A DNA stretch of 63,847 bases, counting the filler, from Octopus bimaculoides (Eukaryota), in NCBI RefSeq assembly GCF_001194135.2. It is 6 parts of 6 records of this genome, joined end to end, with 100 filler letters (N's around TTAATTAATTAA, not from the genome) between each part and the next. Parts side by side here need not be neighbours in the genome. Positions count along the whole stretch, not along the records: positions 1 to 25,750 come from NC_068983.1; 5 more parts are not named here. The stretch is one strand, 5' to 3'. Shown piece by piece: positions 1 to 11,144 of the stretch. Every line of letters starts with the position of its first letter. The stretch's first letter is position 1. Below the pieces are notes generated by a model. That model was not told where the DNA came from. It did not search any database and saw only the letters and a program-made list of their open reading frames with translations. A program made the position numbers and the translations under genes.

Positions 1-666
1 AGGGGGGGACCAGTCAAGCAGCACATCACGCTGTAATTCTTGGGCTGAGAAATCAACACTTAAAAGCCATAATTTTAAAGGAGCGATAAGAATTTTTGAA
101 TAAAGGAAAATGGGTAGGGGTGGGTAGGTACCGTCAGCAAGGGGATAGGCCTCTTAATCGTAGATTTTAAATATTTGAGAGACAACAATGCATAAATCGT
201 AATTTTTAAAAGAGCAATGAAATCTAGGTGAATAGAATATATACGTAGCATGAATTTAGGAAGCTTAGAAAATGAATAAGTATGAATTTAAGACAAAAAC
301 TGAATTCAATTGAATTTCATGGAGAGAGACTGACTAATCCCTCGAGGACACTACTCCAGCAGTTCATTGGCTGAAATCAGCAAAAGAGTGTGCGTGTGTG
401 AGAGAGAGAGGTGGAAACAGGTGAGGTCAGGCAATAGGATAGATATTCAGACATTGAAAGTCTGTCTCAATGCATCCTGCAACCATGGAAAAGTGTGCAT
501 TAAAACAACAATGTTGATCATGATGGATGTGGCAGCAGCTGTAATGATAATGATGACACTGATTTAAATATAAAAAAAATTTACATCTAACTAAGCTGAA
601 ATGAAACACAGTTATTAGCTTCTTTCTGTTTTTAGTGTAGATAATAGAGTAGAAAACATATCTTAC

Positions 667-877
667 TTTTTCCAGTTTGGAACAGGTTTAAAAGATCAAA
701 AAGGGGTGTATTGGAAGGAACTATAGGAACAGAGCGAAAAGCAGAGCTGTCAATAAGTCTGTAGACTGGTATACAATCTTTAGGATCCAAGAGTATTAAA
801 TTCTTCACCAGAAGAACTCCCAAGATATTTTGTTTACAACCCTGGTATATGGGAATCCTAGAGTGTCCTGTTGATAA
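667..877 (-). CDS. CNNM-like: CNNM/DUF21-CBS protein, CBS-pair exon (last in window)
   Basis: LSTGHSRIPIYQGCKQNILGVLLVKNLILLDPKDCIPVYRLIDSSAFRSVPIVPSNTPLFDLLNLFQTGK(S), with the CBS motifs GHSRIP and LxxFQxGKS. Acceptor ttttctttccAG, donor GTaaga; 211 nt, phase 0 to phase 1. The next exon is not in 1-666. Confidence 0.94.
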
Positions 878-979
878 CTGGAAAGAAAATTTGCAAAAAA
901 AAAATACATTTAAAACTTCAAGTTTTGTAGTAAGAAATATTAACAATTAATACGGAAAAACAATTCAATGGTATCATCA

Positions 980-1590
980 TCATCATCATCCACTTTTCTA
1001 TGCTTGTGTAGATCAGACAAAGTTTATTGAGGCATATTTTCTACAGTCAAATGCCCTTCTTGATACCAACCCTTACCTTTTTCCAAGCAAGGCAATATTT
1101 CACCTGCCCAGATATGTTTTTGGAGAGTATTGAAAATGAATGACATTCATTTACAACAATTATGTGATGTGAAGACAAAGCGACACAAACCCTCATGCAG
1201 ACACATACACACACATACATATATATATATACAATAGACTTCTTTCAGTTTTGTCTACAAAATTCATTCGGAGAGCTTTGGTCAACCTGGAGCTATAGTA
1301 GAAGACACTTTCACAAGGTGCCACTGTGTGGCACCTTTGGGCTGGAAAGAAAACTTCTTAGCTGCACTTGTGCATATATATCATCATCATCATTTAGTAT
1401 CTGTTTTCCATGCTGGTATGGATTTGACAGGGGACCAGTGAGGTGCAGGGCCCTCTCAAACTCCACTGTCATCTTTGGCATGGTTTCTATGGCTGGATGC
1501 TCTTCCTTATGCCAACCACTTTACAAAATGGAACTGGGTACTTTTTCAAGTCACTGGCACAAGTGAGGTTGCCATGTAACTTACAAGACA
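980..1590 (-). repeat. Cluster of decayed repeats: two RTE 3'-tail copies and a SINE family A fragment
   Basis: (CAT)n followed by ttt(c/t)catgct..., aaatgcccttc...gccaacc at 980-1100 and 1380-1590; ctttcagtttt...ctatagtagaagacac at about 1240-1345. Confidence 0.6.
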
Positions 1591-2369
1591 GGAAAAAAAA
1601 AAAAAATGAAAAAAGAAAAGGAAAAAACTCCAACTCCTCAGAGGTAAGTATTTGGGAAGGGGAGGTGGAGGTAGGTGGCTTTGTGTCACATGTTCAAAGG
1701 GTAAAGTATTATAAAGGGACAAGCCCAAGTGTTTTGCTAGAGAGGAGATACACTGCTAAATGAAATAAAAGGAAGGTAGTGATGGGGTGTAAGAGCAAAC
1801 TCTTAAGGAACAAGAAGGTAGGTGATGGGNNNNNNNNNNNNNNNNNNNNNNNNNNNNNNNNGGGGGGGGGGGGGAGAAAGTGGATGCTTTTGTATGAGGG
1901 GAAGTAGAGGTGTGAGAAGGGTAGAGGTGTGGATAATGGGAAATATGAGTATATAGAGGGATAAAGTGGGAGATATAGGAGTGGATCAGGAAGGAGAAAG
2001 GACACATAAGGGGCCAAAGTAATGGGGTAGGTCATGATGGTAGATATGGAAGAACATTGAGGGTGATGGCAGATAAGATAGGTGTTTAGAGTGGAGTATA
2101 GCAGAAGGGAAGAGAGCAGGGGCTGAAGGCACAGAAAGGAGGTGATTGGTAGAAATTGTGTAGGTAACGGGGTGGGGTGTGGCTTCCATTATGGATGGGG
2201 TGTAACATGTGCTGATTTTGCTGTCAGGTGAATGCAGCAGCCAAGTAGTACCACAGATAGAGGTGTGTGAACATAGTGGGGGAATGCTTGATGAGTCAGA
2301 AAGGATGGGAATAGGGCCTCACATGTACAAGCATAACTGAGTGGCTTTATGATATCATTGTTGCCGTCA

Positions 2370-3120
2370 TGCATGGGTTGTCTTGAGTACAGTGAAATGC
2401 CAATTATCTCAATCCCCTGTCATCTCCTCCATAAGGTTCAACATCCTGAGATCAGCCTTCAATACTTCATCTCATGTCTTCCAGTGTCCACCTTTTCTAC
2501 AAGTTCTATCCATTTTAAGCAACTGACCTTCTTCATGCTACTCTCCTCCTCTCTGTGCATCACATGACCAAACCAACACAGTCTTCGCTCTCGCACACTG
2601 CATCTCATTCCTCTGATGCCTAATCTTTCTCAATATATTAGCAATTTATTGTACATGCACACTAACACTGCACATCCAGCAGAGCATGCTAGCTTCATTC
2701 CTCTCGAGTTTCAGCATTCAGGGCCCACATCTCACTGCCATGTAGCATTGCTGTCCATACACTAGCATCATATAATCTGCCTTTTCCTCAGAGACAGACA
2801 GACTTTTCATTGCAAGCAGAGGTAATAACTTTGTCTATCCTCCTCTTATTCTAGCAACTACACTTTCAGAACACCCTCCTCCACTGCTAATTAGGTTGTC
2901 TAGGTAGCAGAAATTATCTACTACCTCCAGGGCATTTGAAATAATCAATTTTCTGGCTTTATGGTACCTGTGCATCTTCCACATACAAAGACTACTTTCT
3001 CCAGTAACTTTCCTGCAATTATAACGAAGCTCTTGTGTGTCCATAACTTGCACTGGGTATACTATATGAAATTTCTGCCTGCACCTTTCTTACATATCTA
3101 GTAGGGTCATTTACCGAGTG
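2370..3120 (-). mobile_element. Degenerate RTE-clade LINE, 3' part of ORF (PHD-like finger, RT thumb, C-terminus)
   Basis: Frameshifted minus-strand translation: GK*PY*ICKKGAGRN...TQCKLWTHK...FVCGRCTG, LEVVDNFCYLDNLISSGGGCSESVVARIR, GRLYDASVWTAMLHGSEMWAL, LERNEASML. These are typical RTE RT-thumb motifs. Confidence 0.85.
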
Positions 3121-3254
3121 GCAGAGAGAGAGAGAGACACACACACATGCACAAAGGGACAGCCTCTCAGTGATGTTGTTTATACTTTCTGTAAACAGCT
3201 TGTCATTCATGTTAAGGAAGTCTGAAGGATATCTCACTGGTTCACAGGGAAACG

Positions 3255-3815
3255 AAAATACCCAAATCACACAGTTTCTTTGCAGATGACTTGAAGCTAT
3301 ATGCCAAGAATAAGCATGAGATGAAAAAGTGCGTTGTCCTGGTTGTAACATTTTCAAAGCATAAAGGGTTGGAGTTTGGTGAGGATAAGCATTATTCTAT
3401 GGTTGTGAAAAGATGGAAAACTGTAAATCAGGCAAGCAACATATCCGTTAATGAGTTGACTGTTTCTCCTGTATCTGATGAAGAATGTTACTGGCATCCA
3501 GGGTTGGACGAAAACATATACAGTGACACCTGTAACAAAACACATGTCAGTAAAGACTATTATAGCTGAATAAAGGAAATCTGGACCTCAGGACTCTCTG
3601 CATTCAATAAAACAGTGGCCCATGGTGTGTTTTCAGTGCCAGTAATCATACCAACATTTGGGCTGCTTGATGAGATGTGGGCGATTGATATAAAAAATTG
3701 GAAGATACTAACCAGTACACATAATTTCCACACCAACAGTGATGTAGACCACCCCTATCCAAAACAAAAACGAGGGAACAGAGGCTTAACATCGATTCAG
3801 GCTACCGTATTACTT
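3255..3815 (+). mobile_element. Degenerate R4/Dong-like (RLE-type) non-LTR retrotransposon RT fragment
   Basis: THSFFADDLKLYAKN...LEFGEDK...KDYYS*IKEIWTSGLSAFNK...FSVPVIIPTFG...IDIKNWKILTSTHNFHTNSDVDHPYPKQKRGNRGLTSI, matching the xADDLKLY and SDxDRLY..R..GGRGL pattern of R4-like RTs. Confidence 0.8.
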
Positions 3816-3885
3816 ACCTAAATTCTCCATTCCTCAATGGTGTCAAAACTTTTTTTTTTACAATACAAACTCAGCACTAACACCT

Positions 3886-3943
3886 TACTTTACTCTAATT
3901 AACTTTAATTACTCTAATTACTCTAATTACTTTAATTAACTTT
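3886..3943. repeat. Short degenerate 9-10 bp tandem repeat
   Basis: About 6 units of tact(c/t)taat / taactttaat. Confidence 0.6.
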
Positions 3944-4019
3944 CCCTACATTGTCTTCATTTAATGAGATAAAAAGAAACAAATCAACATTGCCTGTACA
4001 GGTGCACAGGCATTCCACA

Positions 4020-4135
4020 TGTCAGATCACAGAGCAACATGAAATGAAGAATTTTGCTCAAGGACACACTGCCTAGACCTGGAATCAAAACCACAGTCTT
4101 GCAATCATGAGTGCAACACCCTAAACATTAGGGTG
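4020..4135 (-). repeat. Decayed tRNA-derived SINE (same family as 49544-49693)
   Basis: gagcaacatgaaatgaag...ttgctcaaggacacac...ggaatcaaaaccacagtcttgcaatcatgagtgcaacaccctaa parallels the 49.6 kb copy. Confidence 0.55.
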
Positions 4136-4388
4136 CACCCTCTGGAGAACTTAGTTTTGTGAATTAATGCCAAAATGACAATCAGGATAAGCTAGGGTTA
4201 CAAGTCAACCAATTAACTTGCATGTCATAAATACAATCTGTAAGTGGAACAGTAAAAATATGCAACGCTTTTCTCAAGTTTAAAATGGGACATTATTTTA
4301 GTTATCTACATTCTATGATGGAGCTTTGTATCGTTGTTAGAAACTAGCTCCTTCATCAGAGGAAGAATTTAAATAATTAAAAGACAGA

Positions 4389-4419
<31 letters not shown>

Positions 4420-4448
4420 CACGCATGCATGAACACACAATTACAAAC

Positions 4449-4556
4449 CTTTGCAATAGTGGAATAGTCCATACAATCATCCACACTGAGCATTACAACA
4501 TGCTCCAGAGTTAGCATTGCATCTTCAGCTGTCTTGGTTTTCATATCCAAAGCACC
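4449..4556 (-). CDS. CNNM-like: CNNM/DUF21-CBS protein, exon starting CBS1 (not in the ORF track)
   Basis: Manual translation GALDMKTKTAEDAMLTLEHVVMLSVDDCMDYSTIAK (IIxGALD...KTAxDAM motif). Acceptor ctgtttcAG, donor GTttgt; 108 nt, phase 0 to phase 0. Confidence 0.92.
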
Positions 4557-5727
4557 CTGAAACAGAAAACATTAGATTCCAATGAAGCTGTATTGTCTAT
4601 GTGGAACCTTATTCCAAAGGGAATGATAATTACTCTAAACATGGCCATGGTGTAGTCCCTGGGGCTAACTCCCCACTCCCCGCCACAGTCAATTCAAAGT
4701 GAAGCCATATCTCCTGCCTCAACTCAAATTGCAACATTGAACTTGTATTGGGATACCTACAGCAAGACAGAAAAAATGATTTTCTTCTCATCTTTTCAGG
4801 CTCTGATATGGCATAGGAATGGCTGTGAGATTGACATTTGCTTGGTAGCCACAGAGTTTCAGGCTCAGTCTCACTGAAGCCCGTTGGGCAAATATTTTCT
4901 ACTATAGCCCTGGGGTGACCAAACCCTTACGAGTGAATTTAGGAGATAGACATTCAAAGAAAGCAACTATATTTTGGTGTGTGTGCATGCCACTGATATT
5001 TATAGAGTGTTAAATACTTTTGGTATACAAATTAGGGACTCCTTCATAAAGTAACTGCTGCATTTGTTGAATATATAAACAGTTAGGCTACTTGTTTCTC
5101 TGGAGACTGTCAGACTGATGTAGACACCTCTGATGAGAACCCAAAAATTGATTAAGGTTGTTCATCATTTTTTCCAGTCTGTGGAGAAATGGCTAAAATT
5201 TACACTGTTTATAATTATACCACATGTTATATATATATATATATATATATATGCATATTTTAAGTTTGTTTTTACATTGTTATAACAAAAACAGTTTTAC
5301 ATTAATCTGATGGGTTAATAGAATACAAATTTACATTGTCACACAACCCCATACACATAGACACACTCAAACATGCATACATTATATGTATACACGCACA
5401 TGTATACATACATACACACATACACACATACATACAAACAAAAATACCCTGTTGTTGATGTTGAAATTCCAATGAAAAAGCCTTGGATCTAGGTTAGAAA
5501 CCAGCTCTTTCTTTATTGGCAAGAAATCTTGAAATAAAACTGAACATACATATGTGTATACACATGCACACAAACAAACAAAACAAATGCAGTTCTGATA
5601 ACAGACAGATTCAACAAGTATTAAAGAGGTTGCAAGAAGCAACGAAAATTTTGGTAAAAAAATAAGTAAATGAGTGGAAATGAAACCGGTGAGCCTTGCC
5701 AGACACAATAAAATTTATTATTCTCAT

Positions 5728-5800
5728 ACAAGAATGTTGTTGACAGTGATTTTGAAGTTTTGACCAGTTCTGCCATCAAAATCACTGTCAACATTCTTGT
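5728..5800. repeat. Inverted repeat / hairpin: 25-bp stem, 3-nt bulge, 20-nt loop
   Basis: acaagaatgtt[gtt]gacagtgattttga ... tcaaaatcactgtcaacattcttgt. Confidence 0.9.
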
Positions 5801-5841
5801 AAAAGAATGATAAATAAATAAAGATGTGTGTGTGTTTGTGT

Positions 5842-5874
<33 letters not shown>

Positions 5875-6111
5875 CACACATGCCTATATATGCACACACA
5901 CAAACACATACACAAAGAATAGGTTGATAGTGACTTCAAAATTTCAGCTGATTAGTTCTCAATTGACTGTCTGATGATGGTTAGTAAGCTAAACCTTTCA
6001 AGTCACTGTCGACTTTTTCCTTCTATTCTTCTAAAAGGTATTGAGTGATGCTTCAATTTAATGTTAAACTGTTTTTGTATACAACTTCAGGTAAAAATAA
6101 AAATTTATATT

Positions 6112-6550
6112 ATATCGTCATTGTTTAACGTCCGTTTTCCATGCTGGCATGGGTTGGACGGTTTGACAAGTCTGGGAAGCCAGGAGGCTGCACCAGGCTC
6201 CAGTCTGATCTGGCAGTGTTTCTACAGCTGGATGTCCTTCCTAACGCCAACCACTCCGTGAGTGTAGTGGGTGCTTTTTATGTGCCACTGGCCCAGGGGC
6301 CAGAGGGGGCTGGCAACAACCACGTTTGGATGGTGCTTTTTACGTGCCACCAGCACAGGGATCACAACTACGATTTCCATTTGATCTAGATATACTTGAC
6401 TCAATAGGTCTCCTCAAGCATGGCATGTTGCCCTACAATCCAAGGTACCTTTGAGTGGGCTAGTTATGTGACACTTGTGTTGGTTACAGCTGTGAACTCA
6501 CTTTATTTGCTGTGTCTCCTCAGTCACAGCATATCTCCAGCGGTCTCGGT

Positions 6551-6555
<5 letters not shown>
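6112..6555 (-). mobile_element. RTE LINE 3' end (last codons, 3' UTR, (GAT)n tail)
   Basis: Minus strand 6552-6487 reads DRDRWRYAVTEETQQIK*, followed by the conserved UTR ending catgc(t/c)agcatggaaa..ggacgttaaa(c)aatgatg. Confidence 0.8.
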
Positions 6556-6584
<29 letters not shown>

Positions 6585-6589
<5 letters not shown>

Positions 6590-6935
6590 TCATTGTTTAA
6601 CGTCCGCTTTTCATGCTAGCATGGGTTGGACGATTTGACTGAGGACTGGCGAACCAGATGGCTACACCAGGCTCCAATCTGATTTGGCAGAGTTTCTACA
6701 GCTGGATGCCCTTCCTAACGCCAACCACTCCGAAAGTGTAGTGGGTGCTTTTATGTGCCACCGGCACGAAGGCCAGTCAGGAGGTACTGGCAACAGCCAC
6801 GCTCAAAATGGTGTATTTTACGTGCCACCTGCACAGGAGCCAGTCCAGCGTTACTGGCAACGATCTCACTTGAATGTCTTTTCACATGCCACTAAGGCGA
6901 CGCTGGTAACGATCACGCTCAAATGGTGCTAGGCA
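6585..6935 (-). mobile_element. RTE LINE 3' UTR copy with internal ~65-bp subrepeats
   Basis: Near-identical to the reverse complement of 17340-17645; starts catcattgtttaacgtccgcttttcatgctagcatgggttggacg. Confidence 0.85.
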
Positions 6936-6974
6936 AAGTGATACTAATAGAACTCAATATACATATGTTTCAGT

Positions 6975-7111
6975 GTAAGCATTAGTAAATTTATGTTCCA
7001 AGCGCCAACTTATTAATGACCAAGTTATTTCACTAAATTCTTCATTAATTTCAAAATAAACTGAAACGAAGGCTATATATTTCTGTAAAAATTTGGTAAC
7101 AAAAGGGTTAA
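6975..7111 (+). mobile_element. piggyBac-like MITE, 3' half
   Basis: Ends ...ggtaacaaaaGGG-TTAA; internal sequence shared with the 7185, 8863 and 15582 copies. Confidence 0.6.
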
Positions 7112-7184
7112 AGTTGTGCATATCACAAAGCAGAAAAATTATAAACCACCAAATTTCACATTTGTTTAAGCAGACCTTGTGTAA

Positions 7185-7415
7185 CCCTTTTCATACCAAC
7201 CTACCTGAGATCACCTTTGATTCCCTGATTCTATGATACAAACTTCCTGCTTTAAAGTGATATAAATTAAAACCGTTTTCCATCAAAATTTAATCTAAAA
7301 TTATGTCTGAAAGACTATCATATTAATGAAAAAGTTAATTTATTGAATTCTTTATCATTTTCAAAATTAATTCAGTAAAGCAGTATATTTCAACAGGAAT
7401 ATTGTAATAAAAGGG
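7185..7415 (+). mobile_element. piggyBac-like MITE (~230 bp)
   Basis: (g)TAA-CCCTTTtcatacc...gtaataAAAGGG; CCCTTT/AAAGGG termini with TTAA-like flanks. Confidence 0.65.
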
Positions 7416-7480
7416 AGAAAGTGATCTAAATTTCAGCAGTTTAATATGAATAATTTTAACTTATAAACATTCTTCTTTAC

Positions 7481-7688
7481 CTTTATAATCATAACTTCAT
7501 CATTACTAAGGACAGGTTTTGCAGCTTCTTGAGGTGAAGCTGAAAGTGTACTTTTGTGCAAATCAATCAAAGCTTTTAGTTGCTTCCTTTGGTAAAGTCT
7601 GTAGTCTTGTTTTCCAAATAAACAATCAAGCACTTTGGAAATAGGCCAGCATATGATGAAGAGTAAACCAATTAAAAAATAGACGATA
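7481..7688 (-). CDS. CNNM-like: CNNM/DUF21-CBS protein, exon encoding end of DUF21 and linker helix
   Basis: (P)IVYFLIGLLFIICWPISKVLDCLFGKQDYRLYQRKQLKALIDLHKSTLSASPQEAAKPVLSNDEVMIIK. Acceptor cttctctggcAG, donor GTaaag; 208 nt, phase 2 to phase 0. Confidence 0.94.
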
Positions 7689-8096
7689 CTGCCAGAGAAG
7701 AAAATAATAAGAGATAAACAGATTATTAGTATTAATTTCAAGAAATTTTACATACAGTATTTTAGAAATGTTCATATATAAATATATATATATAGTTGAA
7801 ATTTACAGAAAAACAAAAGATGAAGACAGGTGTATAAACAACAAGCAGGAAGGTGAGAAAGTCTTTTTTACATTTCGAGCCTACACTCTTCAAACGAAAG
7901 GAACACGAGGAAATAGAGAGAGAATAAAAAAACTTGTGGATTTAGCAGTCATATATATATATGCCATCCGTAAAAATATAAATCCCCAAAAAGAAGCACA
8001 TAAGTTACAGAGCAGTATATATTAAAGTTAGATAAGGCCAGTTTATGGGATTACCTTAGGATTCATGTCCATAAAGGGTTCAGCTTTATAGCATAT

Positions 8097-8137
8097 CATC
8101 AGATCCCAAAACCTGCCACAGGTTTTGGGATCTGATG
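8097..8137. repeat. Perfect 19-bp inverted repeat with 3-nt loop
   Basis: catcagatcccaaaacctg-cca-caggttttgggatctgatg. Confidence 0.95.
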
Positions 8138-8154
8138 CATATATATATATATCA

Positions 8155-8235
8155 TCATCATCGTCATCATTGTTTAATGTCTGCTTTCCATGCTAGCATG
8201 GGTTGGACGATTTGACTGAGGACTGGTGAACCAGT
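8155..8235 (-). repeat. Truncated RTE 3' tail
   Basis: (cat)n tgtttaatgtctgctttccatgctagcatgggttggacgatttgactgaggactggtgaaccag. Confidence 0.75.
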
Positions 8236-8862
8236 ATAATAAAAATAAATGTAGGTATGTATATACAAACACACGCATATACAAACACACATGTAAATAT
8301 TGGCAGCAGCATTTAAACCTCTTTATATTTGACAATCTGATAGGTAAATGGAACAAAACACATGGGATACAAAGTGTTTCATAAAACAGATTACATTTTA
8401 CAGATAAGTACAGTTAAAGGCTTCCTTACTTATGGGATATTTGGTGTGTGTATGTGTACTTGTGTGTCAATGTGTATATGTGTTTATCAATATAAGCCTT
8501 TGTGTGTGTGTGTAGGAATGAGAGTAGCAAACTCCCAAAGCTGTTTGCTTCTAGACAGTTCTACCTGTTATCATGTCATTGTATAATATTCATCAAAAGT
8601 ATGTGGAACATCAATAAAGTGGTGTGCGTGTGTGTGTGCGCACATGTGCGTGTTTTGTATCTACAAGCTTCCACATAACCTGTTATATACACAAGTCAAT
8701 GTCAAATATCAATCAAAAACAGATCAAAGTTTTTCCTGTCCTATTTTTGAATTTCGTTTTTTTTCTAAACTTTATTTCTCTCTCTTAATTCTTTTTTACT
8801 TACTCATTCCCTGAACTCTTGAATTGTAATAGTTAAATTCCTCTGAACCTCTGAGAATACAA

Positions 8863-9157
8863 TTAACCCTTTTCATACCATGCTGCCCAACAATGTCTTT
8901 AGTTCTAAGATACAAATTTCCTGTTTAAAGTGATCTGAAAACCTTTCTATCAAAATTTCATGTGGTTTCAAACATCAGCCTTATAATGACAAAGTTATTT
9001 TACTAAATTCTTTGTTATTTTCAAAATTAACTGAAACAAAAACAGTTTATTTCAACAGAAATATTGTAAAGAAAGTGATCAAAATTTCATTGTAATTTAT
9101 GATCCAAACACCAGCTTTGTCATCTTTCAACAGAAATATGGTATCAGAAAGAGTTAA
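8863..9157 (+). mobile_element. piggyBac-like MITE with duplicated 3' segment
   Basis: TTAA-CCCTTTtcatacc ... agaaagag-TTAA; the tttcaacagaaatat segment occurs twice. Confidence 0.65.
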
Positions 9158-9204
9158 GAGCCAATACTTAGCATTGGTTTCATGGTGTTAATGAGATTCA
9201 TCAT

Positions 9205-9365
9205 CATCATTATCATCGGTGTTTAATGTCCACTTTCCATGCTGGCATGGGTTGGACAGTTTGACATGAGCTCCCATTGTTTGTTGTGGCATGGTTTCTA
9301 TGCCCTTCCTAATGCCAACTATTTAACAAAGTGTACTGGGTGCTTCCTCCTTCTCCATCAGATGA
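9205..9365 (-). repeat. Decayed RTE 3' tail
   Basis: (cat)n ...tttaatgtccactttccatgctggcatgggttggacag...tgcccttcctaatgccaac. Confidence 0.7.
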
Positions 9366-9768
9366 CATTGTTAATACTTCCAGACTTTTTGATACATATT
9401 TTCTTCTTTATGGCTTTGTTAGAGGAGGTAAAACAGTGACAATGACCTTTCTCAGGGTTTCCTAGACTGATATAAGGAATTTATCATCAGACTAGAGAAC
9501 TGACACAAATGGATTCTGCACAAAAAGGGCTTAAGGGTGTTGATGGCTTAGCCTGACAGGTTGAATATACCAATGATATGACATGAACATCCTAGTTCTT
9601 GAAGAAGAAGAAAGAATGTGTATACTTATAGATATTTATAAGAGAAAGTGAACAAATGAAAAGAAATAGCACTTGACACACAATAGCTCCTGTATTAAAG
9701 TTTTGTGGACATGAAAATAAAATGCTCAGATCTTTTGTGCACACACACATGCATGCATGCACACATGC

Positions 9769-9807
<39 letters not shown>

Positions 9808-10584
9808 ACTGCATTTAATTCTCATTTCCTTTCTACGAGTATTTGGTTTCTTTACTTTTCTATCTGCACATTCCATTGAATCTAATGAACTTTGAGCTGA
9901 AACAGTTCAAGATTTATGTTGCTATACATTCTTGACAGTAAAAATTTGTCTCCTTCTCCTTTATGTACCCCATTTAATTTTCATCTTCCTAGATAGGATT
10001 GTTTGCCTATTCACTCTCTGCCCCAGAACGTCTATTCCAAGAATTGCTTGTTCTCCAAATAGAAACCGTGCTGAACAAATCACAAAGTTCTCCTAGAGCT
10101 ACTAACATACTTTCACTTCAGTACTTTTATTATATTATCTCTTACTGAAACAAAACATATCTGTGATGTTAATATCATTTTTAAAGGCCATCATTGGAAG
10201 CTGAGAATCAAAATTAGATAACAATTTAATTGACGCGGAACTAGTTTTCTTTCCAACGATCTTCACTTTTTACAACAACTATGATGTTTGATCAACTCAA
10301 TATCAGTGCAGAGGAAAATGATAAAAAAATTCTTTGAAAATCTGACTGTTGGGTATTCTTACTTCTGAGCTAAATTCTGTAACCATAACTATTACTACTA
10401 CTACTACTACTACTACTACTAGTGATGAAGATGATTTCTTTATTGGCCACAAAGGTCATGACAACAACAACCTGGGTCAATTATGGATTGCTTCTAGTAT
10501 CTCATTGCTAAATAGAACTATTTTTCTCTAGAAACTGAATTAAAAACTTCAGCTTGTAACGTGAATGTCTCTTTTACAGACATG

Positions 10585-11010
10585 GCTGTGTGGCTTAGAA
10601 AGTTTCCTCTCAGCTGCATGGTTTTGAGTTCAGTTCCACTGTGTGACACCTTGGGCAAGTGTCTTCTTCTCGGGCTCCAGGTCAACCAAAGCCTTGTGAA
10701 TGGATTTAATAGACAGATAGGGAAAGAAACTCTTCATATATATGTATACATGTGTGTATGCATGCATGCATGTATGTGTGTCTCGTTGTCATTATGCAAT
10801 AGTTGTAAATGATTATCACTGTCATACAAACTATTTCATTCATTTCCAGTATACTGCGAGACCATGTCTGGCCACAGAGAAAGACTACCTTGTTTGGAAA
10901 CTGGTGAACGTTGGCAACTGGAAGGGCATCTGGTCATCAAAAATCAATAAACTACATGTAACCCATTCAAGCATGGAAAAGTGGATGTTAAAATGAGGAT
11001 GATGATGATT
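10585..11010 (+). mobile_element. tRNA-derived SINE, family A head with RTE-type tail
   Basis: ggctgtgtggcttagaaag...gagttcagttccactgtgtgacaccttgggcaag...aaagccttgtgaatggattt..., then ...gaagggcatctgg...agcatggaaaagtggatgttaaaatgaggatgatgatg. Confidence 0.7.
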
Positions 11011-11084
11011 TTGCAAATGAAGGCTTCACAAAAAATAAAGAGAAAATGTGATCATAGAAATGTATTTACAAAAATATCACTTAC

Positions 11085-11144
11085 GGACTTAGAATAGCAC
11101 CAACTGATAATCCAAAATGGCTGAAGAATGCTTGAGGGATGATT
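11085..11144 (-). CDS. CNNM-like: CNNM/DUF21-CBS protein, 60-nt exon
   Basis: Completes GA+A = Glu, then IIPQAFFSHFGLSVGAILS(P), the conserved GEIIPQA...GLxVGA motif. Acceptor ttttattttaAG, donor GTaagt; phase 2 to phase 2. Confidence 0.93.

Noticed and set aside
4310-9500. CTGATGA-containing stems (about 4355, 5130, 8100, 9485) as hammerhead ribozymes
   Set aside because: None has GAAA directly after a closed stem II plus a compatible NUH site.
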